Shown here: one piece after another, positions 1-9,494 of the stretch
Numbering within the stretch: the stretch's first letter is position 1
Layout: the number at the start of each line of letters is the position of its first letter
Assembly: GCA_013203185.1 (NCBI GenBank)
Contig: JABMOS010000118.1
Span: 23,006 to 87,005 of the forward strand
Reading direction: 5' to 3'
Length of the DNA stretch: 64,000 nucleotides
Source of the DNA: Fidelibacterota bacterium
Lineage (GTDB): Bacteria; Fidelibacterota; UBA8477; JABMPR01
Made by a program: the position numbers and the translations under genes
Notes under the pieces: model-generated
Told to the model about the DNA's origin: nothing
Databases searched by the model: none
Seen by the model: only the letters and a program-made list of their open reading frames with translations

Positions 1-111
1 ATTGTCCCTGGCCCCATCCTCTGCAGCTTCCTCACAGGACACAAAAGGTGTGGCTAGCCCAAGCAGGAGCACCAGCAATTTTGAATGTAGCGAGTAATAA
101 TTGATCTTCAT
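1..111 (-). CDS. Putative lipoprotein, 5' end only (gene runs off the window start)
   Basis: Hand translation of the minus strand: ATG at 111-109 gives MKINYYSLHSKLLVLLLGLATPFVSCEEAAEDGARDN, open to base 1. Basic N-region, hydrophobic core and Cys look like a signal peptide/lipobox. Too short for the ORF track; product unknown. Confidence 0.4.
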   Translation of the reverse strand, partial: MKINYYSLHSKLLVLLLGLATPFVSCEEAAEDGARDN

Positions 112-217
112 TATTGAACTACCTATAGAATATTTTGATCTTGCTAATATAGGTACACGAATCTATTTCCAGTGTCTTTTCCCTTCTCCATCAGTGCATT
201 CACCTTATTTTGTTTCA

Positions 218-1063
218 ATGCAGATACCCTTTCCATCCGCACCCACCATACACCGCTGGGGAAATCCAGAAGGAGACCTTCTCTTTTTTCTCCATGCAAA
301 CAGTTTCTCCTCAAAAATGTATCAGCCATTTCTTGAGCCCTTGTTCAAGGATTATGATGTCTGGGCTCCCGATCTCCCTGGTCATGGTGATTCACGCTGG
401 AATGGTCGGATCGAGGCCTGGATGGATTTGGCCAACTATTATATAGCCCATCTTGAAATGAACCCACCGGGAAAACCCATGATTGCCATGGGACACTCAA
501 TCGGTGGCATTGTTATCATGCTCATGGCCATTCAAAAACCCCATTGGTTCAAAAAAATTATTCTTCTGGATCCAGTGATGCTTCCGAAGGGAATTCTGGC
601 TGTGATTAGAGTCCTCAAGTTTCTTTCCCTAACCCATACCATCCCATTGGCAAGGGCTGCCAAACGGCGTAAAAATAATTTCCAGGACAGGGCAACTGCG
701 CGCAACCACTACTCCAGGAAGAAAATTTTCTCGCGCTGGGAACCCAGATTTCTAGAAGCCTATGTTGAGACCTGTCTTCATGAAGATGGAAAGGGTGAAT
801 TCCAGCTATCTTGCGCCCCCCAACTTGAATCCAGTATCTATCAGTCTATCCCCTTAAATGTCTGGCGACTACCGAAAAAGCTACCCACGCCTGCCCTATT
901 CATAATTGGTAAGTTATCCGATACTGTGAATAAGCCTGGTCTTAGCCGGCTCAAACGGTCCAGTGGAAATCATATTGTGAAAACCGTCGTAGCAGGGCAT
1001 CTTTTCCCCTTTGAAAAACCAACTGAAAGTATGGCTATCATAAAGGATTATCTCACCACATGA
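218..1063 (+). CDS. Alpha/beta-fold hydrolase
   Basis: Nucleophile elbow GHSIGG, PGHGDS motif and a C-terminal His region (AGHLFPFEKP). The ORF-track start at 101 is a TTG that overlaps the divergent lipoprotein gene; the first ATG (218, MQIPFPS...) fits better. Confidence 0.8.
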   Translation: MQIPFPSAPTIHRWGNPEGDLLFFLHANSFSSKMYQPFLEPLFKDYDVWAPDLPGHGDSRWNGRIEAWMDLANYYIAHLEMNPPGKPMIAMGHSIGGIVIMLMAIQKPHWFKKIILLDPVMLPKGILAVIRVLKFLSLTHTIPLARAAKRRKNNFQDRATARNHYSRKKIFSRWEPRFLEAYVETCLHEDGKGEFQLSCAPQLESSIYQSIPLNVWRLPKKLPTPALFIIGKLSDTVNKPGLSRLKRSSGNHIVKTVVAGHLFPFEKPTESMAIIKDYLTT

Positions 1064-1674
1064 GAATTGAGATTCACGGAAATGGTATTAATCATCGAAT
1101 TGTCGAACAAGCAGTGGATGTTCTAAAAAATGGTGGTCTAATTATCTATCCCACTGACACCGTTTATGGACTGGGCTGTGATATCACCCAGAAAGCCAGC
1201 ATTGAAAGAATTTATCGAGTCAAAAGGATGGAAAAGCAAAAACCCCTGAGTTTTGTCTGCTCTGACATAAAAGATATTTCCAAATATGCAAAAATTTCTA
1301 CTGTGAGCTATCGCAATCTCCGCAAATACCTTCCTGGGCCTTATACATTTATCCTCCCAGGGACCAGAGAAGTCCCCAAAGCGCTGTTATCAAAACAGAA
1401 AACAGTAGGTGTAAGAATACCTGATCATCCTCTCACCCTGGCCATTGTGGAAGCTCTGGGCAATCCAATTATTTCAACCAGCGTTAATATGAGCGCAAAA
1501 AGTTTTGCAAGTGATCCTCAGGAATTTTCAGAGTATTATGAAGGCCAGGTAGATCTCATCCTGGATTCAGGTCCTACCTGGGCAGAGTTATCTTCTGTGA
1601 TTGATATGACTGATGATGATCAACCCATAGTGATCCGCGAAGGCCAGGGCGATGTCAGTTGGTGCCTGACATAA
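1060..1674 (+). CDS. tsaC: L-threonylcarbamoyladenylate synthase, short YrdC/TsaC type
   Basis: YrdC-domain signature IIYPTDTVYGLGCD; 204 aa with no Sua5 C-terminal domain. ATGA start/stop overlap with the upstream hydrolase. Confidence 0.85.
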   Translation: MRIEIHGNGINHRIVEQAVDVLKNGGLIIYPTDTVYGLGCDITQKASIERIYRVKRMEKQKPLSFVCSDIKDISKYAKISTVSYRNLRKYLPGPYTFILPGTREVPKALLSKQKTVGVRIPDHPLTLAIVEALGNPIISTSVNMSAKSFASDPQEFSEYYEGQVDLILDSGPTWAELSSVIDMTDDDQPIVIREGQGDVSWCLT

Positions 1675-1695
1675 TCATTTTGAAAGGAAGCTAGT

Positions 1696-2766
1696 ATGGC
1701 TCAAGTAACTCTCAAAAAATTAGATAAATTTTATGGCGAAACACAAATTCTTCATGGTATTGACCTTGAAATTCAGGATGGTGAATTTGCTGTTCTTGTG
1801 GGACCTTCCGGATGTGGAAAATCCACCACACTGAGAATCGTGGCAGGCCTGGAAGAGGCCAGCGGCGGCGACGTCTACATTGGTGATACCCGGGTAAATG
1901 ATGTTGAGCCAAAAAACCGAGATATCGCCATGGTTTTTCAAAATTATGCTCTCTATCCCCACATGAATGTTTATGAGAACATGGCTTTTGGTTTGCGTCT
2001 ACGGAAATATTCTGACAAGGAAATAAAAGAACGTGTTGATGAAGCTGCAGAAATTCTCAGTGTTGAAGATTATCTATATCGCCGCCCCAAAGAACTATCA
2101 GGAGGTCAACGACAGCGTGTTGCCGTAGGTCGAGCCATCGTCAGGAAACCTTCTGTCTTCCTCTTTGATGAACCCCTTTCCAATCTTGATGCAAAACTCA
2201 GGGTACAGATGCGAACGGAGATAAAAAAACTCCATGCCCGTCTCAAGACAACCATGATATATGTTACTCATGATCAGGTTGAGGCCATGACCATGGGAGA
2301 TCGCATCGTGGTTATGAAGGATGGCTATATCATGCAGGCCGATGAACCCCTGGAAATATACAAACGTCCACAAAACCATTTTGTGGGAAGCTTTATTGGT
2401 TCTCCATCAATGAATTTTTTCGATGTGGAGATTCAATCAGGTCAATTGGTGAATGAGAAGTTCTCTTTACCCATAGATGATGTACATCCAGATGCGCTCA
2501 AAGCCTTTGATGGTCGCAAGGTCAGATTAGGAATTCGCCCAGAACATTTTCAGCTAATCGACTCCCCCACGAGTATCAAGGCAAGCCTTGAAGTAAGCGA
2601 ACTCATGGGCAACGAGTCCTTTCTATATTGCTCTACTGGATTGGATACTTTTATTGCACGAGTTGCTGACAATGCTCCTCGCAAGATTGGAACTGCCCTT
2701 AGTCTATATGCTGCACCTGAGACCTATCAATTCTTTGATATGGATTCTGGGCTACGAATAGATTAG
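1696..2766 (+). CDS. ABC transporter ATP-binding protein, MalK/UgpC/MsmX type (carbohydrate importer ATPase)
   Basis: Walker A GPSGCGKST, signature LSGGQRQR, Walker B FLFDEPLSNLD, H-loop VTHD, and a C-terminal MalK-type regulatory domain. No permease or binding-protein genes adjacent. Confidence 0.9.
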   Translation: MAQVTLKKLDKFYGETQILHGIDLEIQDGEFAVLVGPSGCGKSTTLRIVAGLEEASGGDVYIGDTRVNDVEPKNRDIAMVFQNYALYPHMNVYENMAFGLRLRKYSDKEIKERVDEAAEILSVEDYLYRRPKELSGGQRQRVAVGRAIVRKPSVFLFDEPLSNLDAKLRVQMRTEIKKLHARLKTTMIYVTHDQVEAMTMGDRIVVMKDGYIMQADEPLEIYKRPQNHFVGSFIGSPSMNFFDVEIQSGQLVNEKFSLPIDDVHPDALKAFDGRKVRLGIRPEHFQLIDSPTSIKASLEVSELMGNESFLYCSTGLDTFIARVADNAPRKIGTALSLYAAPETYQFFDMDSGLRID

Positions 2767-2769
2767 CCC

Positions 2770-3408
2770 TTAGTTAAAAGTAAGTGTCAATATTCTTTCT
2801 GTAATTGTTGAGACGGGTAGACAGGCTGGAGTAATTGCAACATCAGTACCCAGATAATTCACATTGGAAATCGTACGCGCATCATTGCTTAGCGTGGACT
2901 CATAAAAGACTTCTAGATGATCTGCTGAAATGCTAAAGGATCCATCGATATCCAATGCATCAACAACCAAATCCAGGGTAAATACACCTGTGGTGGTATC
3001 TGCGGACCAGGTACCATCTGATGTTAGTCCCGAGATGAGGACGCTGGGAGAGCACCCTGTTCCCCAGTTAACAGGTAAGTTGCCAGAGAGAGTCCCACTG
3101 AGATCATTTCTCAAGCTCACCGTGCCCTCGATGGGGTCAATTGAGTCTGCGCTAGTGTACCAATCATTTTCAATTAGAATCAGCGTCCCAGCAGGTATGC
3201 TAACTGAGTCTACACCATTTTGAGGTGTGCTAAATGCCAAGGTTGTGTCGCGCAGGGTGGTTGATTCAACATTAATGGTCATTTCCGTTAAAGTATATTC
3301 CCCAGTCAGAGGATGGATGTTTTCAGGAGTAACTTCATCATCCTCACAGCCAATCAACAATCCTCCAAAGATTGAAATGATTAATCCAGCTCTAATGATA
3401 TTTAACAT
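2770..3408 (-). CDS. Hypothetical lipoprotein
   Basis: MLNIIRAGLIISIFGGLLIGCEDDE is a signal peptide with lipobox LIGC. The start is moved to the internal ATG (3408) because the track start at 3429 lies inside the upstream terminator hairpin flank. Confidence 0.55.
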   Translation of the reverse strand: MLNIIRAGLIISIFGGLLIGCEDDEVTPENIHPLTGEYTLTEMTINVESTTLRDTTLAFSTPQNGVDSVSIPAGTLILIENDWYTSADSIDPIEGTVSLRNDLSGTLSGNLPVNWGTGCSPSVLISGLTSDGTWSADTTTGVFTLDLVVDALDIDGSFSISADHLEVFYESTLSNDARTISNVNYLGTDVAITPACLPVSTITERILTLTFN

Positions 3409-3427
3409 GATTGTACTCCTTAAGAGC

Positions 3428-3453
3428 AAAAAGGCCGCAGGAGCGGCCTTTTT
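3428..3453 (-). terminator. Rho-independent terminator after the FadL-like OMP gene
   Basis: AAAAA-GGCCGC-AGGA-GCGGCC-TTTTT: a perfect 6-bp GC stem, 4-nt loop and T-run on the minus-strand reading. It lies 22 nt downstream of the stop at 3475. Symmetric A/T flanks. Confidence 0.75.
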
Positions 3454-3474
3454 ACAGATATTATAACGTGTTAC

Positions 3475-5025
3475 TTAAAAGCTTTTCTGAAGACCTAATG
3501 CAAAAATAGTTGCTGTTTTTGCGTAAGTCTCATTGCCTGTTCCAGCAGCCACAGAAGGATTCTGACCTTCTTCATATGTGGTGTTGGAGAATCCAAGAGA
3601 AATAGCCATACCAGGATTAAGCTGATACTTTGCTCCCAGACCAATTGTTGAAGAATTCAGGCTATAGCTGAGATCTGTTTGGTATGTATCCATTGCACCT
3701 GAGGTGGCCATATTGTAACCAGCACTAAGAATAAGTGCATCAGTCAGTGAATATTCAGCACCAAAAGCGATTTCAGAACCGTTGTCAGCAAATGCTTCTC
3801 TACCATCCCAATTTGCATCTTCATTGAAATACATATTGTAATCAAATGCGATATTTAAGGAAGGCATAGCAAGATAGGAAAGACCAACACCTAACATGGC
3901 AGGCATATCAGCATTACTCTCAGCGTCATTAGGAAACATTCCTGATCCATCTACTTCAGTTTCATTTGTCAATACCAGAGGAGCCAGCATTTCATAGCGA
4001 ACACCAATATTCAACTTGTCCATAAGACTGATATTCAAACCTACGATAGGTGCAAAACCAGAACCTGTTTGAACAACATCAACTTCCATATCTGCAGTTG
4101 CAGCGTCCAGGCCTAAACCTTGAGCAGTGTAACCAGCTGCTGTAGCTGTTGCGCTAGCGGCAGCACCGGTATAGGCGGCAATAGCATTATCAACACTGTA
4201 ACCTGCTGGATCAATTCCAAAAGCAACAAGTCCAGCAGCAATAGCACCGTCAGAATCAATTGCAGATAGTGGAGTAGTACCCAAGAATTGGCCCGCAGTA
4301 ATTCCAGCCGTCATACCAGTAGCAGCACCAGTAGCACCTGCAGCAGCACTGGTATACTGTGCAGCAACACCACGCATGACATTACCAGGAATCATATCGC
4401 CAGCTGCGGTTTCAACCATGATATCTTTGAGATGTCCTGTGTAGCTATTTGAAGCTGAAAAATATCGAACACCAGCAGAAACTGAAATCATATCATTGAT
4501 TGCATAAGAAACTGAAGCCTGACCACCGAGATAGGTTGATGAACCATTAAATTCAACATCTAGATTATATCCAGTTACACCAGCTGCTGCCATCATTGGC
4601 ACCAATGCTGAGACAGGAGCTTCGAATGAAGGTAGGCCATCTTCAAATGCTGCAGTTCCGCCACCACCAACGGGTACAAATCCAGCCGAGAAGACAAGTT
4701 TGTCCATTTTGTATGCGAAATAAAAGTTGGGGAATACAGGCGCAAAGGTTGTGCCCTCAAAGGTATCACTATTGAGTGAAGCAATATCACTTGTAATGGT
4801 TCTGCCCTGTGTAATCGTTTGGCTACTCAGATACAGATGCATTCCGTTATCCAGTTTGGTCAACCCTGCTGGATTAAAGAATACGGCGTCTAGATCTGTT
4901 GAAGCGTTGCGAGCCAACATGCGGACAAAGTCAGCACTCTGGTTCGTGTTTTCTACCATACCGCCACCAAATGCGATGCTGATCATCAGCAGAAGGGGTA
5001 ATACGCGCAAAAGCTTACTCATCAT
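3475..5025 (-). CDS. Outer-membrane beta-barrel protein, FadL/OMPP1-like (hydrophobic-compound channel family)
   Basis: Signal peptide MMSKLLRVLPLLLMISIAFG, N-terminal FFNPAGL (the NPA hatch motif of the FadL family), alternating beta-strand pattern and a C-terminal ...GLQKSF aromatic terminus. Contains an Ala/Gly/Thr-rich insert. Confidence 0.6.
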   Translation of the reverse strand: MMSKLLRVLPLLLMISIAFGGGMVENTNQSADFVRMLARNASTDLDAVFFNPAGLTKLDNGMHLYLSSQTITQGRTITSDIASLNSDTFEGTTFAPVFPNFYFAYKMDKLVFSAGFVPVGGGGTAAFEDGLPSFEAPVSALVPMMAAAGVTGYNLDVEFNGSSTYLGGQASVSYAINDMISVSAGVRYFSASNSYTGHLKDIMVETAAGDMIPGNVMRGVAAQYTSAAAGATGAATGMTAGITAGQFLGTTPLSAIDSDGAIAAGLVAFGIDPAGYSVDNAIAAYTGAAASATATAAGYTAQGLGLDAATADMEVDVVQTGSGFAPIVGLNISLMDKLNIGVRYEMLAPLVLTNETEVDGSGMFPNDAESNADMPAMLGVGLSYLAMPSLNIAFDYNMYFNEDANWDGREAFADNGSEIAFGAEYSLTDALILSAGYNMATSGAMDTYQTDLSYSLNSSTIGLGAKYQLNPGMAISLGFSNTTYEEGQNPSVAAGTGNETYAKTATIFALGLQKSF

Positions 5026-5161
5026 TTTCTCTCCTTGTTATTGTCTTATTACAGATATCGACTTGAATATCCGTATCTGTGTAAAGTGATCACGTAAAAT
5101 AGAAGTGCTTTTCAACGAAGCAAATTAAAATGTGCTTATGTAAAATGCCTCAGGTTGTAGA

Positions 5162-5620
5162 TTAAAACTGAACATACCAGTCAGTCTGTTCGTTTATTTG
5201 TTTTTCTCGGATTACAATCCCCCGTGGTGCAGAGTTTTCAGGAATAACAATATAGTTTTGTATTTCCTGAAATAATTCTTCATTGGCCAGCAATTGAGCA
5301 GGGTCTAAGAGCAAGCCTATGACCATGAGTTGATACTCTCCTGCTTCCAATTGGACAAAATAATCCAAACTGGATGTACCTGGATTTATGGGGTCACCAT
5401 AGGTAATAAAATGGTCAATGACTTTATAGCCTGGTTCGTCTATTCGAGTAAAATCCAGGCTGTCATCAAATACAACAACCACCCCACCTTCAAGTGAGTC
5501 TGACCAACTGTTGAAGATCACTGTTCCCTCAACACCGGCGATGGCTTCCAGGCTTGCCGGTTTTTCACATGCAGTCATCGTCATGAGCGAAACAATGATA
5601 AAGGTTAAGCCAATACGCAT
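5162..5620 (-). CDS. Hypothetical lipoprotein, translationally coupled to the TonB-dependent receptor
   Basis: MRIGLTFIIVSLMTMTACEKP has a lipobox MTAC. Its start overlaps the receptor stop (TAATG at 5620). Confidence 0.55.
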   Translation of the reverse strand: MRIGLTFIIVSLMTMTACEKPASLEAIAGVEGTVIFNSWSDSLEGGVVVVFDDSLDFTRIDEPGYKVIDHFITYGDPINPGTSSLDYFVQLEAGEYQLMVIGLLLDPAQLLANEELFQEIQNYIVIPENSAPRGIVIREKQINEQTDWYVQF

Positions 5621-7836
5621 TAGAACCGCCTCTCAACAGTAAAAGTAGCTATACGCTCTTCTTCAATATTCCGCTCCAGTTGGGTATAGTAGTATTGAAA
5701 GACATTTTCCACTCGCACCAATAAATGCCAATCTCCCATTGATCTTCCAATTCCAACATTCCACACATGAATGGGCACCCGTGCATCGGCACCCGTGAGG
5801 GGCTTCTCCTGAAAAAGTTCGACGCTTTCCATGCGGCTAAGATATCTATATTCAATGGAGGCATCCATCCCCCAGTAATGTATACCCATGGTACTGATCC
5901 AGTGGTAACGATGCCGATAGGACAGGGTGTCCAGGATTTCACCCTTAGAATCTGTTTCCATGGGGTCAATCACCGTTAGTGCTGACTTATAGTCTATCAA
6001 ATTGTTGAAGGCACTCAAGCCCAAGCCTATTTCCAGACCCATGATGCGGGCATCTGCAATATTCTGAAAATGAATAACCGCATTCTCGTCGGGAATGGGC
6101 TCAATAAAACGTTCAAACCTGTTGTGAAAAATGGCTGCATCCAGCTTAAATAAATCCACCACACCTATCTGCCCCGCCAGTAGAGTCAATCCAAACTCAC
6201 GATTAATACTGGTTTCTGAAATCAAATCTGGATTTGGTTCAACAGTAAAAATACTTCGCCGTGCAGACGTAAACATTTCTGCCACTGTGGGAACCCTGAA
6301 ACCCTTCCCCGTAGAAATTCGTAACCCCAGCCAGGGAGATGGCTTCCAATTCAAAGCCAGTTGAGGCGTAACCACCTCATCCTGACGCTTACCATCTACC
6401 TGATATGCTTCCCAACGACTTCCTGCAGAAAGCGTGAATTGGTGTAGTCTCTTTTCAATAAGTAGAAAGGTAGCCAAGGATGAACTGGTGTGAGCGCCAA
6501 AAATTTCTGCATTAACCTTGTTCTGCTGCATGGTTAATCCCACGAGCGTAGTAAGATTCGTGGTCCAACTTTTACTTGCCTGTACCTCTTCATAAAAGCG
6601 ATTTTCGTTTGAGTAATTAGGATCTACACCAAAGTTGGTCCATTCATTCCAATAAGCGCTTCCCTTGGTTTTTATAACCAGATCCTGAGAGTACACATAA
6701 TTATAGTGACCATTGAGGACAATCTTTTGTCCTTGAGTGCCATCATTTTTTGATCCCTTTGGTGCACTAAAGGGGTTCGCAGGGCTCTCCCAAATCGATG
6801 TTAATCCTGACTTGTCATCAAGCACATTCATAAAAACTGCAGCTGAGTGAGCATTGCCAAAGTTCAATTTAAGTTTAGCAGAAATATTGATAGCTTCTTC
6901 CCAATTCAATTCCATGAACCCATCGTCGCTACGTTTTTGAACCCGTAACCAGGCTGAATGATTTCCAATTCTCCGAGAATGGGATATTTCTGTATTATAC
7001 AATAGTCCACGATCTTCTCGCCAGCGCCACTCATCAACACGGGGATGACTATATACGCCAAGTTTTGTTGAAATGCGGGTTTCTGGCTGTACTGGGGCGT
7101 TTCGAGTGATAATATTAACGACGCCACCCATGGCACTTGAACCATACAATGCAGATCCACCTGATTTGACAATCTCGACCCGGTCAACTTCTGAAGTGGG
7201 GATAGTCGCCCAGGTAACGTTTCCAGCAGCACTCCCCAGCATGGGGATACCATCTAACAAGAGCAGGGAGCGCGTACCGGCACCCATGGTATATCCCGAT
7301 GTACCTCTGATATTCAATTGTCCCTTAATTGTAGACACGCCTGATTCGTAGGATAGGATATCTATCATACTCACCACAGCCTTTGCCTGTATCTCTCGCG
7401 GGCCTATAGCTGAAACTGAAAAAGGAGATTCAAGAATATCCTGTTCCTTGCGGCTGGAGGTGACAACCACCTGTGGCGATGCGAGGACATTAGATTTTAA
7501 TTGCACCGACAGCTGAGTTGGAGCATCAAGGATAACAGCCACACCTCTCTCATTCAGGGGTGCATAGCCCATCATGGAGAATGAAATTGTGTACTCCCCC
7601 GGGCTTAAACCTTCAAGCTTGTAATAGCCCTCCAGATCCGTCGTCGTGCCAAAGGAGCTGCCCTGAATTTGAATATTTACACCCGGGAGTCCTTCGCCAG
7701 AGCGGCCATCAATGACCCTTCCAGTTACTGAGCCTGCAGATTGTCCAAACCCTGAGGCAGATAGAAATATGAGCAGCAGAAACAGACACTGACCTAGCCT
7801 CAAGGGGTTCATTCTTTGATAAAATTGTCTTTTCAT
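5620..7836 (-). CDS. TonB-dependent receptor with N-terminal carboxypeptidase-regulatory-like domain
   Basis: GSVTGRVIDGRSGEGLPGVNIQIQGS...GEYTISFSMMGYAP (CarboxypepD_reg-like), then a plug (VEIVKSGGSALYGSSAMGGVVNIITR) and a barrel ending ...TFTVERRF. The track start at 7875 is TTG; ATG at 7836 (MKRQFYQRMNPLRLGQCLFLLLIFLSASGFGQ) gives a normal signal peptide. Confidence 0.85.
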   Translation of the reverse strand: MKRQFYQRMNPLRLGQCLFLLLIFLSASGFGQSAGSVTGRVIDGRSGEGLPGVNIQIQGSSFGTTTDLEGYYKLEGLSPGEYTISFSMMGYAPLNERGVAVILDAPTQLSVQLKSNVLASPQVVVTSSRKEQDILESPFSVSAIGPREIQAKAVVSMIDILSYESGVSTIKGQLNIRGTSGYTMGAGTRSLLLLDGIPMLGSAAGNVTWATIPTSEVDRVEIVKSGGSALYGSSAMGGVVNIITRNAPVQPETRISTKLGVYSHPRVDEWRWREDRGLLYNTEISHSRRIGNHSAWLRVQKRSDDGFMELNWEEAINISAKLKLNFGNAHSAAVFMNVLDDKSGLTSIWESPANPFSAPKGSKNDGTQGQKIVLNGHYNYVYSQDLVIKTKGSAYWNEWTNFGVDPNYSNENRFYEEVQASKSWTTNLTTLVGLTMQQNKVNAEIFGAHTSSSLATFLLIEKRLHQFTLSAGSRWEAYQVDGKRQDEVVTPQLALNWKPSPWLGLRISTGKGFRVPTVAEMFTSARRSIFTVEPNPDLISETSINREFGLTLLAGQIGVVDLFKLDAAIFHNRFERFIEPIPDENAVIHFQNIADARIMGLEIGLGLSAFNNLIDYKSALTVIDPMETDSKGEILDTLSYRHRYHWISTMGIHYWGMDASIEYRYLSRMESVELFQEKPLTGADARVPIHVWNVGIGRSMGDWHLLVRVENVFQYYYTQLERNIEEERIATFTVERRF

Positions 7837-7890
7837 GAAGTTGGTGAATATAGAAGTGTTGCCAAAGTCAGACAACGTGAAAAGCAGGGT

Positions 7891-8787
7891 TTAACGAACA
7901 GAATGCCTCTTGTTCAAATATGCCAGCAGTGCCACATCAAGAGATTGATCAGTGGTTAATGGGACATAATCAACATGCTGTTCACGACTCCGTGCACCAA
8001 GCTTGGTTCTGAACTCATCCACGGCGTTCTGATAGTCCTTCTGAATATGCCAGGGTTCCGTCGCCATGACCTCACCTGATTCCATATCCTTAAATTTCGC
8101 CTGGGCATCAAAGGCAAAATCGACCTCCCTGGGGTCCAGAATGTGGAATACCAGAACCTCATGCCTGTCATGCCTGAAATGTTTGAGACCATTCAGGATA
8201 TTGTCCAGATCATCCAGCATATCTGAGATGATAATTACCAGACCACGGCGATTGATGCGATCAGCAAGATGATGAAGGCTATGTCCTATGGCGGTTTCTT
8301 CACCAGGGGTTACATGTTCCAAATGGCTCAAAATATTATTCAACATGGAGGGACGTGAAGAAGGTCGGATATGGGTACGAATTTCAGTATCGAAGAGGGT
8401 TAGACCAACTGCATCCTGCTGACGGAGCAAGAGGTAGGTAAGCGCTGCAGCGAGATAACTGCCATATTGTAATTTACTGATATCTCCAGAAGCATAGGCC
8501 ATGGATTTGGACATATCCAACATGAGATGGGCTTTGAGATTGGTTTCTTCTTCAAATTGTTTGACATAAAAGCGATCTGTCTTGCCATATAGACGCCAAT
8601 CCAGATAGCGCAGGTTGTCGCCAGGGCCATAGGCTCGGTGTTCAGCAAATTCAACGGAAAATCCATGATATGGGCTTTTATGAAGACCCACAATAAATCC
8701 TTCAACCACCATACGAGCCCTGAGCTGCATGTTTGCCAGAGTCGCCAGGGTGCGGGGATTTAAATATTTCCGTTTGTCAGTCGCCAC
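7891..8787 (-). CDS. DUF58 domain protein (MoxR-associated, vWA-like fold)
   Basis: Typical DUF58 N-terminal core: GxH.S..G.S.EF.E.R.Y..GD (here GLHKSPYHGFSVEFAEHRAYGPGDNLRYLDWR). GTG start. Confidence 0.8.
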   Translation of the reverse strand: MATDKRKYLNPRTLATLANMQLRARMVVEGFIVGLHKSPYHGFSVEFAEHRAYGPGDNLRYLDWRLYGKTDRFYVKQFEEETNLKAHLMLDMSKSMAYASGDISKLQYGSYLAAALTYLLLRQQDAVGLTLFDTEIRTHIRPSSRPSMLNNILSHLEHVTPGEETAIGHSLHHLADRINRRGLVIIISDMLDDLDNILNGLKHFRHDRHEVLVFHILDPREVDFAFDAQAKFKDMESGEVMATEPWHIQKDYQNAVDEFRTKLGARSREQHVDYVPLTTDQSLDVALLAYLNKRHSVR

Positions 8788-8822
8788 TTTTTATTTCCAG
8801 TCCATTTTCTGCTTCATACGTT

Positions 8823-9458
8823 TCAGTCTTCGATCAGCTCCAGTATACTATCTATTCTCCATGTGGGCTGAACAGGTAAAGTTTCAGGGGCCGCATGGCT
8901 CCAGTTAACGAAAACTGTATCTATCCCAGCAGCATTGCCACTAGAGATATCATACTGAGCATCACCCACAAAAACAGCATTCGCTTTTCCGGCGTCAAGC
9001 CTTGACAAAGCCAACAAGACAGGAGCTGCATCAGGTTTATGGAAGGTCGTGTCTTCCGGGTTAACAATGACATCAAAATATTTTGCTGTATCTGTAATTT
9101 CAAGAATTCGACCCGTACTATAGCGCTTACGTGAGGTGACTATCGCTAGTTTTTTTCCATTCTTTCTCAATGTTTCTAGTGTGGCCACTACACCTGGAAA
9201 GGGCTGAATATTATCTTCAAGAATACGCATCTGGTAGTCAATGAAATCATCTAAAACAACATCAATATCCAGATTATCACCTAACTGTTTGAGCAGTTGG
9301 CCTTTCAGGGGAAGTCCATAACCTGACAGTATTGCATCCCTGGATAAAGACATGGCACAATACTTTTGGGCAACATACTGAAAACAGTGACAGACAAGGT
9401 CCGCTGTATCAAACAGGGTTCCATCTGCATCAAAGAGATAGTAAGAATATTTTTTCAT
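8823..9458 (-). CDS. HAD-superfamily hydrolase (phosphoglycolate phosphatase/PpaX-like subfamily)
   Basis: HAD motif I FDADGTLFDT, motif II VTSR, motif IV VGDAQYDISSG. Confidence 0.8.
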   Translation of the reverse strand: MKKYSYYLFDADGTLFDTADLVCHCFQYVAQKYCAMSLSRDAILSGYGLPLKGQLLKQLGDNLDIDVVLDDFIDYQMRILEDNIQPFPGVVATLETLRKNGKKLAIVTSRKRYSTGRILEITDTAKYFDVIVNPEDTTFHKPDAAPVLLALSRLDAGKANAVFVGDAQYDISSGNAAGIDTVFVNWSHAAPETLPVQPTWRIDSILELIED

Positions 9459-9494
9459 TTTCTTTCTACTCTTCTCATATCGAACTCAGATAAC

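Noticed and set aside
101-217. N-terminal 39-codon extension of the alpha/beta hydrolase ORF (TTG start at 101)
   Set aside because: The extension has no hydrolase-family similarity and overlaps the start of a divergent lipoprotein-like gene (ATG at 111, minus strand). The first ATG at 218 gives a normal N-terminus.
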